Shown: one piece after another, positions 50,553-59,850 of the stretch
Numbering within the stretch: the stretch's first letter is position 1
How the letters are laid out: every line of letters starts with the position of its first letter
Origin: a candidate division WOR-3 bacterium
GTDB taxonomy: Bacteria; Hydrothermota; Tepidihabitantia; Tepidihabitantales; Tepidihabitantaceae
DNA length: 64,000 nt
NCBI GenBank assembly: GCA_965649205.1
Contig: CBFGJV010000007.1
Location: 33,966 to 97,965 of the forward strand
Reading direction: 5' to 3'
Position numbers and translations under genes: made by a program
Notes under the pieces: generated by a model
Databases searched by the model: none
What the model was told of the DNA's origin: nothing
Seen by the model: the letters and a program-made list of their open reading frames with translations, nothing else

Positions 50553-51749
50553 ATGATTGCAGATATTCATCGGGGAAAGTCTGGGAAACGGAGCGTGTTT
50601 TATGCTGCGTGTTTGATTCTGCTTCTTTTCTCTGGCTCGACGCATGCCTTGATGCCGCTGCGTAATTACTGGGGCGAACGAATAACAATTTACAGCGCGA
50701 GAGATTTGGCTTTTCTGGGAAGTTCGGGTCCGGGCTCCGGGGCAAGTATTCTGTTTAGTCGTCCGGCGCTGATGGGGGCCATGGTTAGACCGAGTTTGGA
50801 ACTCACCTATATGGCGAATATTGTTTCTGAGCAGCGTACGCGCACGGTTTACGATGAGTTCGAAAATACGCTTGGGGAAGCCATATTTGCAGACAACGTT
50901 ACGGCTGCCGGATTGCCCGGGCCTTTGGCTGTGAATTATCCCGTTTTGCGCGGGCTGGTGGTGGGTGCAGGTGTTGCCCGGATAGTTGATTTCCAGTACC
51001 GGTACAGGAAAGAATATCGAGATAATTTCTATGCTCTGGTTGGCGAGGATCGAATCGTGCAGACTGGTGAAATTTTCGTGGGTGGGGCAGGAGTTAGTTA
51101 TCGTCTGGCGGAGTGGTTGGCTGTGGGCGCAAGTGGCGGCTATGTTTCCGGCAGGAGAAATCTGGAGTCGTGGGAAATCAGAATTCCGGATACCACTTAT
51201 TGGTACGAGTCCGGGAAGCCTGAGGGTGTGGCTTATACGGGTAACATTGTGGTGGGTCTGAGCAGTCGAGTTCAGGGAAGTTTGGGATTCGTTGGTCCTC
51301 TTAAGCTGTTCAAATGGCAGACCTCTCCCGGTTCACGCGTCGACGTAGTATTGCCTTGGCGGGTATTGGCAGATGTGTCTTATAGAGCGGCAGGTAAACT
51401 GCCCAGCCGAGTATTACTGGAGGTTGGTTACAGTGCCTGGCGGTCCCTAGATAGTAACTATGCCGGGGTTCTGGACGTGCGGGCCGGGGTAGAGCATACG
51501 ATGCTTAACTTTGTAAAATTGCGCTACGGTTTTGGAATAGAGCCTTCACCATTTGATCCGACTATTCAGCGTGTGGGAGTAGGGACGGGGATTGGTCTGG
51601 ATGCTGGAGTTTGTTTTTTTGATTTCGGAGCGATGTTTCGACGTGAGGTGGTGGGGGATGGTCTTCTGCGTGGAGAGGTTACTCCAGAAGATCAGAAGGT
51701 GTATCAGACCGGTACCGTGCTGGGTATTACGGTCAGCAGGGGGTTTTAG
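50553..51749 (+). CDS. FadL/PorV-like outer-membrane beta-barrel
   Basis: SD AAGGAG; signal peptide; SARDLAF...RPAL; RAGVEH..LRYG; ends ITVSRGF. Confidence 0.65.
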   Translation: MIADIHRGKSGKRSVFYAACLILLLFSGSTHALMPLRNYWGERITIYSARDLAFLGSSGPGSGASILFSRPALMGAMVRPSLELTYMANIVSEQRTRTVYDEFENTLGEAIFADNVTAAGLPGPLAVNYPVLRGLVVGAGVARIVDFQYRYRKEYRDNFYALVGEDRIVQTGEIFVGGAGVSYRLAEWLAVGASGGYVSGRRNLESWEIRIPDTTYWYESGKPEGVAYTGNIVVGLSSRVQGSLGFVGPLKLFKWQTSPGSRVDVVLPWRVLADVSYRAAGKLPSRVLLEVGYSAWRSLDSNYAGVLDVRAGVEHTMLNFVKLRYGFGIEPSPFDPTIQRVGVGTGIGLDAGVCFFDFGAMFRREVVGDGLLRGEVTPEDQKVYQTGTVLGITVSRGF

Positions 51750-53294
51750 GTGCGCAGCCTGAAGTTGCGAACACGGTTCGGGTCTTGGTTGACTGTTCTG
51801 GTGTTGGCGCTTGGGCTTAATCTGGTCTTGGCTGGCGTTCAGCACATTTATATCGTTCATACGAATGATATCCACGGAGCTCTGCTGCCGGGAACGGCGT
51901 TCTGGTTGAATCCAGATTTTCCCCCGCCTCTGGCTAATGCGCCTGGTGCTTTGGTACTGATAAGGGAACTGCGAGAGGAAGCCGCCAGAAATGGATACGG
52001 TTTTCTCCTGCTTGATGCTGGCGATGTCTTCAGAGGGACGCCGTTGGGCGATTTTACCAGAGGACAGGCCATAGTTGATTATTTCAACCGTGCCGGGTAT
52101 GACGCTGTTGCTGTTGGTAATCACGATTTCGACGTAGGCTGGTGGACCTTGAAGGAGCTGGCGGACAGTTCTCAGATGCCCTGGATTTGTTCCAATTTGA
52201 AAGTGGCTGGTACAGATACGGCACCTGGTTTCTTGAAGCCGTATGTCCTGTTTGAGCGGGGTGGTATCAGAATAGGGGTGTTTAGTCTGGTCACCAAGTA
52301 CCTGCACGGCATGGTGACGGATAGCATGCTGGGCGACCACGAAGTGAGACCTTATGAGGAAGATACGAGGCGAGTGCTGGCTGCTTTGCGTGCTGCCGGG
52401 GCTGATATTATTGTTGGTCTCACGCATGTGGGAGAAAGACACGACAAGAGGCTGGCGGATTCTATCTACGGCATTGATGTGATTATCGGTGGGCATAGCC
52501 ATTCCGGCATCCAGCCGCCCTACACTGCGCCAGCCAGTCATACTATCATCCAGCAGGCATATAGTAAAGGTTCAGCCGTGGGTTTTCTCGACCTGACTAT
52601 TGATACGCAGACAAAGAAAATCGTTGGTTACACAGGACGTTTGATAAACACTTATGGAGAAGAAGTACCAAAGGACTTGGAGTATTTGGCGTATCTGGAG
52701 TCATTGAGGGTAAAGGCGGAAGCAGGATTTGACGTGGTGATCGGCAGGAGTGTGAGGGAGCTGACACGCAGTGGTATGGAAGAGTGTCCTGCCGGGAATC
52801 TTATTACCGATGCAATGCGTGAATACGCCCGAGCCGACATTGCGATGCACAATTCTGCTGGAATACGGGCCAATTTTCCCGAAGGAGATATTACCTACCG
52901 CCATGTGTATAATGTAGACATCTTCGGTAATACGCTAGTGGTAGGAACTTACACAGGAAAGCAAGTTTTGGAGATGCTGGAAGTATCCGTGAACGGACAT
53001 CATGCCATATTCCAGCTGTCGGGTGTGAAGATGACCTACACGAAGAAGAAACCTATTGGTTCCCGGGTCTTGTCTGTGACTGTTGGAGGCAGACCGCTGG
53101 ATTTGGAAGGAACCTATGTCGTGGCCTCCAATTCCTATCTAGCAGCGGGAAGCGGTGAGTATGCCGTGTTCGCTGCTGCGCAGGACCTAGAGGACACCTA
53201 TGTACCCTTGCGTGACGTCATCGCCCACTACATCCGCCGTCACTCGCCAGTGGATGCCCGGGTAGAGGGGCGCATCGTTCTGGTAGACAAATAG
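51750..53294 (+). CDS. Secreted bifunctional metallophosphatase / 5'-nucleotidase (UshA/CpdB family)
   Basis: Signal peptide; HTNDIHG, DAGD, GNHDFD, IIGGHSH, HNSAGIR. Confidence 0.92.
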   Translation: MRSLKLRTRFGSWLTVLVLALGLNLVLAGVQHIYIVHTNDIHGALLPGTAFWLNPDFPPPLANAPGALVLIRELREEAARNGYGFLLLDAGDVFRGTPLGDFTRGQAIVDYFNRAGYDAVAVGNHDFDVGWWTLKELADSSQMPWICSNLKVAGTDTAPGFLKPYVLFERGGIRIGVFSLVTKYLHGMVTDSMLGDHEVRPYEEDTRRVLAALRAAGADIIVGLTHVGERHDKRLADSIYGIDVIIGGHSHSGIQPPYTAPASHTIIQQAYSKGSAVGFLDLTIDTQTKKIVGYTGRLINTYGEEVPKDLEYLAYLESLRVKAEAGFDVVIGRSVRELTRSGMEECPAGNLITDAMREYARADIAMHNSAGIRANFPEGDITYRHVYNVDIFGNTLVVGTYTGKQVLEMLEVSVNGHHAIFQLSGVKMTYTKKKPIGSRVLSVTVGGRPLDLEGTYVVASNSYLAAGSGEYAVFAAAQDLEDTYVPLRDVIAHYIRRHSPVDARVEGRIVLVDK

Positions 53295-53311
53295 AACAAA
53301 GACTAATCGGT

Positions 53312-54925
53312 ATGTGGCCTATTCGGTCGGTGGACGACGTGGTTGTGCAGCGGATGGCTCAGACTGCTCAAGTTTCTCCTTTGATTGCGCGCATTTTATG
53401 GCTGCGCGGGGTAAGAGATGCAGAGGCTGTGCGACGTTGGCTTTCGCCTTCTTTTTCGGACTTGCACCCTTCGGTTTTGCTTCCTGATTACAAGCCTGCG
53501 GTGGAGAGAATCAGACAAGCTATTGCCGCAGGCGAAGGTATCTTGGTGTGGGGACACGACGATATGGACGGTATTTCTGCTACTTGCGTTCTCTATCGTT
53601 TACTTTCCGACTTGAGAGCCAACGTGAAGTTCTATGTGCCGGTTCGGGGAGTGGAAAAGCACGGTCTGTATGCTGAGAGAGCTCTGGCTTTCAAAGCGCA
53701 GGGCGTAAAGTTGATTGTGACAGTTGATTGTGGTATTACCAACATAAAGGATGTGGCCCAACTGAAGCGGGAAGGAGTGGACGTAGTCGTAACCGACCAT
53801 CACGAGGTCATAGAAGGTCTACCTGAAACAGTAGCAAGTGTGGATCCGAAGCGACCCGACTCGCTTTATCCCTACCGGGGTTTGGCTGGTGTAGGGGTGG
53901 CCTTGAAGCTCGGTATGGGTCTGGTTTCAGAAATGTTGGGTATAGGTTTTGCCAGTTTCTTTTCGACCCAACCTGATTTGGTAGTACTTGCGGTGCTGGG
54001 TACGATTGCTGACCGTGCTCCTCTCACGGGCGAAAATCGCACTCTGGTTATGTTGGGGATGAAGTTTCTTGACCGGGTTAGACAACCGGCTCTGCGATTG
54101 GTTGTTGAACGGTTGGCCAAATCTGGGACCCTGGTTCCTGCCAAGATGGTAGTTGAATTGCCCCAGTTGTTTGCGGCAGCCGAGGGAACCAGTGGGGTTG
54201 AGAATCTCCTCAGCCAAGACGAAGCACGGGTACGGGAGTGGTTGGACGTGTTAGAGAGACGAGCGGCGGCGTGGCGTGAGGAGGCGGCAAAGTCGCTGGA
54301 ACTTGCTTGGAGTCTGGCGCAGTTGGGCGATGGCATTGTGCTGGCGCGCAGTCGGGAGTTCGGTATACGTACACTGGGGTACTGTGCGACGCGGCTTAAA
54401 GAACGTTATCGGGTGCCAGCTCTGGTTATGGGATGGCGTGGCGATGCTTGGATAGGCGAAGGTAGAAGTGTTGAAGGCGTGAATTTGGTAGAAGTTCTGC
54501 GTGAATTTCGCCAGTACTTTATAGATTACGGGGGACATAAAGCTGCCGCTGGTTTCACCATTCTTGACGAAAAGGTGGAAGAATTTATTCGGGCTGTGGA
54601 GGCTTACGCCCACGAGAATATCGCACCCCGGTTGTCACCTGCGCCGGGGGTAGAAGCTGATGCAACTCTGCCGTTGGCCCAGTTTGATGTGGCGTTGCGA
54701 GCGCTGGCGCCTTTTGGTGAAGGTAATCCGGCCCCTTTGTTTGTTTCGGAGCCGGTAAGTCTGAAGCCGATTTCCGGGGGATGGGTTTGTTCTGCACGAC
54801 CTGAACTGTTGATTCGGCCGGCAAGGCCGGATTTGTGGACAGGGTCGGAGCCAGTGCTACTACTCTATACGATGGAAGATAGTGGCAACTTGCTGGTACT
54901 GGACGTAAAACCGGCCGCTGTCTAG
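53312..54925 (+). CDS. recJ: RecJ-like DHH family ssDNA exonuclease (divergent)
   Basis: GHDDMDG, TVDCG, TDHH, GTIAD, GGHKAAAG, PFGEGNP. Confidence 0.85.
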   Translation: MWPIRSVDDVVVQRMAQTAQVSPLIARILWLRGVRDAEAVRRWLSPSFSDLHPSVLLPDYKPAVERIRQAIAAGEGILVWGHDDMDGISATCVLYRLLSDLRANVKFYVPVRGVEKHGLYAERALAFKAQGVKLIVTVDCGITNIKDVAQLKREGVDVVVTDHHEVIEGLPETVASVDPKRPDSLYPYRGLAGVGVALKLGMGLVSEMLGIGFASFFSTQPDLVVLAVLGTIADRAPLTGENRTLVMLGMKFLDRVRQPALRLVVERLAKSGTLVPAKMVVELPQLFAAAEGTSGVENLLSQDEARVREWLDVLERRAAAWREEAAKSLELAWSLAQLGDGIVLARSREFGIRTLGYCATRLKERYRVPALVMGWRGDAWIGEGRSVEGVNLVEVLREFRQYFIDYGGHKAAAGFTILDEKVEEFIRAVEAYAHENIAPRLSPAPGVEADATLPLAQFDVALRALAPFGEGNPAPLFVSEPVSLKPISGGWVCSARPELLIRPARPDLWTGSEPVLLLYTMEDSGNLLVLDVKPAAV

Positions 54926-54935
54926 TAACACAGGA

Positions 54936-56102
54936 ATGCCAGAAAAAGCGGTTTTTGTTTCCCGCAAACGGAGTCGAGGTCGCCACGCCTGGGTGTTTTC
55001 CAATGAAGTCCAGCGTACGGAAGGAAATCCGGGCCTCGGTGATACGGTGAGAGTTTATGAGCGGTCACGGCTTGTGGGGTCAGGACTGTATAATCCCCAC
55101 TCGCTCATTCGTATCCGACTTTATTCAGATAAAGACGAGGAGTTAGATGCGGAGTTTATAAAGAGGCGTCTGCAGGCGGCATATGAATACCGTTTGGCAC
55201 AACTACCCGGGGAGACCGACTTCCGGCTGGTTTACGGTGAAAGCGACGGGATTCCGGGTCTGGTAGTGGATAAGTATGGCAACCATTTCGTTGTGCAGAT
55301 TTATGCCGCAGCCATGGAGTTACGTAAGGAACTGATAGTTCGGGCGTTGCTGGAGACGTTCCCCTGTGAATCGGTGTACGAAAAAAATGATTTTCGGTTG
55401 AGAGAAACAGAGGGGCTGGAGCGAAGAGAGGGGTTGTTATACGGTCGGGTACCAGAAAGGGTGGCAATATCCGAGAACGGAGCAAGGTTTTATGTGGACC
55501 TGGCGCAAGGACAAAAAACGGGTTATTATTATGACCAGCGCGTAACCCGGAGACGGGTGAGGGAATTGGCAAAGGGCAAGCGGTTTCTTGATGTATTTTG
55601 CTACACGGGAGGATTCGCTGTTAATGCAGCCTTAGGTGGCGCAAGAGAAGTGGTAGGGGTGGATGGTTCTGCCGCTGCGGTACAGCTGGCTACAGCCAAC
55701 GCCAAGTTGAATAATGTGGGTGATGTATGTAGATTCGAGGTGGCTGAGGCTTTTGAATATCTGGGAGCATTAAGCCGTGGGGAGCCGCGTTACGAGGTTA
55801 TCTGCCTGGACCCTCCTTCTTTTATCAAAAGCCGAAAGGAAAAGGAAGCAGGAGTCAGAGGATTTAGAGTTATAAACGCATTGGCTATGAAGGCATTACC
55901 AGCGGGCGGTGTTCTTGTTACTTGTTCCTGTTCACACTACCTATTTTGGCAAGATATGCTCGACATGCTGGTAGCGGCAGCGCAGGATGCCGGACGCAGT
56001 TTTGTGATTCTGGAGCGTTTGACCCAGGGTCCTGACCATCCGGTACTGCTAGCGATGCCCGAGTCTGAATATCTGCGTTGTTTCATACTTAGAGTGTTGT
56101 AG
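54936..56102 (+). CDS. RlmI-like class I SAM-dependent rRNA methyltransferase
   Basis: HAWVFSNE PUA, GQKTGYYYDQ, FCYTGGF, LDPPSF, DHP. Confidence 0.9.
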   Translation: MPEKAVFVSRKRSRGRHAWVFSNEVQRTEGNPGLGDTVRVYERSRLVGSGLYNPHSLIRIRLYSDKDEELDAEFIKRRLQAAYEYRLAQLPGETDFRLVYGESDGIPGLVVDKYGNHFVVQIYAAAMELRKELIVRALLETFPCESVYEKNDFRLRETEGLERREGLLYGRVPERVAISENGARFYVDLAQGQKTGYYYDQRVTRRRVRELAKGKRFLDVFCYTGGFAVNAALGGAREVVGVDGSAAAVQLATANAKLNNVGDVCRFEVAEAFEYLGALSRGEPRYEVICLDPPSFIKSRKEKEAGVRGFRVINALAMKALPAGGVLVTCSCSHYLFWQDMLDMLVAAAQDAGRSFVILERLTQGPDHPVLLAMPESEYLRCFILRVL

Positions 56103-56459
56103 CCCGAAGCAGAGTTGGCCGAGACGTTGGGTACCAAGCCGTAAAGATTCCTGCAAGGAGCTGATAATGGTACAGTTCTGTAGTTATATTTCTACCCAGA
56201 TGAATAAAATTCTGAGCTCAGGCCAGAACCATCCCGGGGGCTGGGGAGGGGGAAGAGACGCATGCGACGTAACATATTATTTCTGAAAGTGTTATAGGAT
56301 AACAGGTTAATTTCTTGGTAATACTCATTAGTATTATCAGTGTGCCTGCGGTTTTCTGAGAATACTATACAATAACTTTGATGGAACTGCGGACTTTTCA
56401 ACATGATGCTAATGATTTTCGGGCGTTAGAAGGTGATGATACGTAGCCGGCGGACTCGC

Positions 56460-56487
56460 TTGACTTGGGGGCAGGTTTGCTTAGAGT
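56460..56487 (+). promoter_or_regulatory. Putative promoter for csp-folK-dnk-panB-panC
   Basis: TTGACT-N16-TAGAGT, implying a 5' UTR of about 130 nt. Confidence 0.45.
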
Positions 56488-56622
56488 TGATTTACCTAAA
56501 TGGCGGGTAGAGAATCTAATTTTGATTGGTTGGAACAATTGTCCGTAGTGGCACTTTTGGTATTTTCCCAAGGCTTTACTGGTTGTTGTTTGAGTCGGTT
56601 TAGTGCTGGCCGGTGATTGCAG

Positions 56623-56868
56623 ATGGAACTTTCTGGTCGAATTATTTGGTACGAGCCGAAGAAGGGATACGGTTTCATCGAAGCAACGGATGGCAGCGGT
56701 AATTATTTTGTGCACTTCGGTGACGTGGTTCCAGAGCACAGAGGGGTTTTGAGTCCCGGTGACAGAGTAAAGTTTGAGCCAGGGGAAACTCCCTACGGGC
56801 CGAGGGCTTTGCACGTGCGCAAGTGTAAGGACGATGGCGATGCTCAGGGAGTTTGGGGTAAGCAGTAG
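56623..56868 (+). CDS. Cold-shock domain protein
   Basis: KGYGFI (RNP1), YFVHF (RNP2), GPRALHV. Confidence 0.9.
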   Translation: MELSGRIIWYEPKKGYGFIEATDGSGNYFVHFGDVVPEHRGVLSPGDRVKFEPGETPYGPRALHVRKCKDDGDAQGVWGKQ

Positions 56869-57350
56869 TGCCTGATGTCTATATAGGGCTCGGTTCCAAT
56901 CTGGGAGACCGTTTGGCTTATCTTGAACAAGCTGTAGCAGCTTTTTCTTCACTGGGAGCAGTACGCAGGTCTAGCTGGTATGAAACCGAGCCGGTGGGTA
57001 TGGTTGGGGCAGGTAGATTCCTGAACGGGGTTGTGAGACTGTCCTCAGTAAAGTCCGCCCGCGGACTTCTTTTCGCGCTTATGAACATTGAAAAAGAACT
57101 TGGGAGATGCCAAGTTGAACGTAAATCTTCAAGGACAATAGATCTGGATATTTTGCTTTACGGTTCAGAGGTGATAAATGAACCGGATCTGGAAATTCCT
57201 CACCCGCGGATGCATTTGCGGGCATTCGTGTTAATCCCATTGTGCGAGTTGGCTCCGCATTTGGTACACCCCCGTCTGAAACGGACAATGCGGGAATTAC
57301 TGGCCGGACTGGACATATCTGGTGTGGTTGCTTATCATTCAGCAGAATGA
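56868..57350 (+). CDS. folK: 2-amino-4-hydroxy-6-hydroxymethyldihydropteridine diphosphokinase
   Basis: GLGSNLGDR, YETEP, RTIDLDIL, PHPRM..RAFVL. Confidence 0.96.
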   Translation: MPDVYIGLGSNLGDRLAYLEQAVAAFSSLGAVRRSSWYETEPVGMVGAGRFLNGVVRLSSVKSARGLLFALMNIEKELGRCQVERKSSRTIDLDILLYGSEVINEPDLEIPHPRMHLRAFVLIPLCELAPHLVHPRLKRTMRELLAGLDISGVVAYHSAE

Positions 57351-57982
57351 AATACATAGCCATTGAGGGAGCGATGGGGGTGGGTAAGACGGCTCTGGCT
57401 GAGCGGCTGGGCGAGCGGATGAGTGCCAAACTCGTTTTGGAACGGGTTGAGGAAAACCCGTTTCTGGACAGGTTTTACGTAGATATGAGGTCATATGCGT
57501 TTCAGACGCAGCTGTTTTTTCTCTTGTCCCGACACAAGCTGCAGGAAGAGTTGAAACAGCCGGAGCTTTTTGCGGAGACTATTATCAGCGACTGCCTTTT
57601 TGATAAGGACAGAATCTTTGCGGGGCTTACTCTTACGGAGCACGAGCTCGCGCTGTATGACCGAATTTACGAGTTGCTGAGCAGGGATGTCGTGCGTCCA
57701 GATTTGGTAGTTTTTTTACAGGCTCGTCCCGAGATTTTGCTGGCACGCATAAGGCAGCGGGCAAGGCCATACGAAGCAGATATTGACCTGGCCTACCTTG
57801 ATCAGTTGGCGGACGCATACAATCACTACTTTCTGCATTACGAGACTGCTCCGGTACTGATTGTGAATACTGAACAGCTGGACTTTGTACGCAACCAGAA
57901 AGACTTTGATGACCTGTACAAGGCAATAATGACAACTGGTTCAGGTCGTAGGTTTTACTCGCCCAAGGGAATGAAGAAGTAA
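57347..57982 (+). CDS. Deoxynucleoside kinase (dAK/dGK family)
   Basis: ATG 57347; IAIEGAMGVGKT, NPFL..FY, QLFFL, RIRQRARPYE. Confidence 0.93.
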   Translation: MKYIAIEGAMGVGKTALAERLGERMSAKLVLERVEENPFLDRFYVDMRSYAFQTQLFFLLSRHKLQEELKQPELFAETIISDCLFDKDRIFAGLTLTEHELALYDRIYELLSRDVVRPDLVVFLQARPEILLARIRQRARPYEADIDLAYLDQLADAYNHYFLHYETAPVLIVNTEQLDFVRNQKDFDDLYKAIMTTGSGRRFYSPKGMKK

Positions 57983-58923
57983 TGGCACGCAGAAAAAAGC
58001 AGAACCCTCTACCCCCTCCTTCTTCTCCCGGAGATTTGAAACGTCGGGAGGATCGCATAACGTTAACGTCTGCAGTTACTAAGGTTACCACTGTACGTTT
58101 GCTGCGGATGAAACAGAAGAAGGAGAAGATAGTATGCCTTACTGCCTACGACTATCCCACTGCTTTGCTGCTGGATCAAGCAGGAGTAGACCTGGTTCTG
58201 GTGGGAGATTCGGCGGCCAATGTTATCTACGGTATGTCTAATACTTTGGCTATCGGCATGGACGAAATGCTCTATCACACTCGGGCAGTAGCAGCAGGGT
58301 TGAAGCGGGCTTTGCTGGTTGCGGACATGCCGTTCCTTTCCTATCAGGTGTTGACCGAGGAGGCGGTAAGGAACGCGGGAAGATTCCTGCAGGCCGGCGC
58401 GGAGGCTGTGAAAGTGGAGGGGGCAGGTTCAGTCATAGACACGGTGAAGCGCCTCGTGGATTGCGGAATTCCGGTAATGGGTCATCTGGGGCTTACTCCC
58501 CAGTCAGTACACAAGTTGGGCGGTCCCAAGTTGCAGGCGAGAACTCCGCAGGAGCAAGAGAAGCTAATCAAAGACGCGGAGTTGTTGGAAAAGGCAGGTT
58601 GTTTTGCTTTGGTGTTGGAAAAGATACCAGCTGAAGTTGCTGCGTGTGTTACGCAACAGTTACGCATACCGACTATCGGGATAGGTGCGGGGCCAGATTG
58701 TGACGGTCAGATTTTGGTTCTGCATGATATGCTGGGAATGTTCGAACAGCCACCATTCAAGTTTGTGAAACGATATGCGGAATTAGCTAAGTTAATACGA
58801 GACGCCGTAGAGCAGTACGGCAGCGAGGTGCGGAGAGGGGTTTTCCCCTCCGAGGAATACAGTTTTCACATTGCGGAGGTAGCGAAAGCTTTGTGTCCTA
58901 CAGATAGGGAAGTCGATACGTAA
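57982..58923 (+). CDS. panB: 3-methyl-2-oxobutanoate hydroxymethyltransferase
   Basis: LTAYD, LVGDS, ADMPF, GHLGLTPQS, IGIGAG..CDGQILV. Confidence 0.97.
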   Translation: MARRKKQNPLPPPSSPGDLKRREDRITLTSAVTKVTTVRLLRMKQKKEKIVCLTAYDYPTALLLDQAGVDLVLVGDSAANVIYGMSNTLAIGMDEMLYHTRAVAAGLKRALLVADMPFLSYQVLTEEAVRNAGRFLQAGAEAVKVEGAGSVIDTVKRLVDCGIPVMGHLGLTPQSVHKLGGPKLQARTPQEQEKLIKDAELLEKAGCFALVLEKIPAEVAACVTQQLRIPTIGIGAGPDCDGQILVLHDMLGMFEQPPFKFVKRYAELAKLIRDAVEQYGSEVRRGVFPSEEYSFHIAEVAKALCPTDREVDT

Positions 58924-58942
58924 GATAGGAACGGAGGAGAGC

Positions 58943-59806
58943 ATCAGAATAGTTCGGAGAGCGTCTGCTATGCAGAAACTGGCAGAGAACTTGCGTAAGC
59001 AGGGAAGGGTGGGTTTTGTGCCTACTATGGGTGCTCTGCACGAAGGGCATCTGTCCCTAGTCAGGAAATGCCGTCAGCATGCCGATTTTGTGGTTGTGTC
59101 CATTTTTGTCAATCCTACGCAGTTCGGACCAGGTGAAGACTTGGATCGGTACCCCCGTCGACTGCAGGACGATTGTCGCCTGCTGAGGAAGGAACACGTA
59201 GACGTAGTATTCTGTCCGTCAGTAAGCGAAATGTACCCGGAGGGAGCCTGTACCTGGGTTGAAGTCCCGGAGTTGTCTGCCGGTCTGTGTGGCAAGTTTC
59301 GGCCCGGACATTTTCGGGGTGTAGCTACGGTTGTGGCGCGATTGTTCAACTTGGTTAGGCCACATGTGGCTGTTTTCGGGCTTAAGGATGCGCAACAACT
59401 GGCGGTAATTCGCAGGATGAATCGTGATCTTGGTTTTGGAATTAGAATTCTGGCGGCGCCGACCGTGCGTGAGTCAGATGGTTTGGCTTTGAGTTCTCGG
59501 AATGCCTACCTGAGTAGGGCGGAACGTATGCAGGCACCAGTGTTGTATCGGTCTCTTCTTCACGCCCGTTGGCTAATACGCAAGGGAGAAAGAGATGCGG
59601 GGCGAATTAGGTCGGAGATGAGGAAGTTCATACGCGAGCACTCCCAGGCGCGTATTCAGTATATTGAATGTGTAGACGCAGAAAGTCTGAAACCGTTGAA
59701 GCGGCTAGGTGGCCGTGTGCTTATTGCTCTGGCTGCTTACCTGGGGCAGACGAGGTTGATTGATAACATTATTCTATCGGTTGATTCGAGTCGAAAAGCC
59801 AGGTAG
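58943..59806 (+). CDS. panC: Pantoate-beta-alanine ligase (probable ATC start 58943; first ATG 58970)
   Basis: VPTMGALHEGH, FVNPTQF, RPGHFRGV, LALSSRN, RLIDN. Confidence 0.96.
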   Translation: MRIVRRASAMQKLAENLRKQGRVGFVPTMGALHEGHLSLVRKCRQHADFVVVSIFVNPTQFGPGEDLDRYPRRLQDDCRLLRKEHVDVVFCPSVSEMYPEGACTWVEVPELSAGLCGKFRPGHFRGVATVVARLFNLVRPHVAVFGLKDAQQLAVIRRMNRDLGFGIRILAAPTVRESDGLALSSRNAYLSRAERMQAPVLYRSLLHARWLIRKGERDAGRIRSEMRKFIREHSQARIQYIECVDAESLKPLKRLGGRVLIALAAYLGQTRLIDNIILSVDSSRKAR

Positions 59807-59850
59807 AGGTTGAATTTTCTGCTCTGCCTATTTGCCACGGTTAGACCCAG

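Noticed and set aside
56549..56565. TGGCAC as a sigma54 -24 element
   Set aside because: No TTGC/GC at the -12 position
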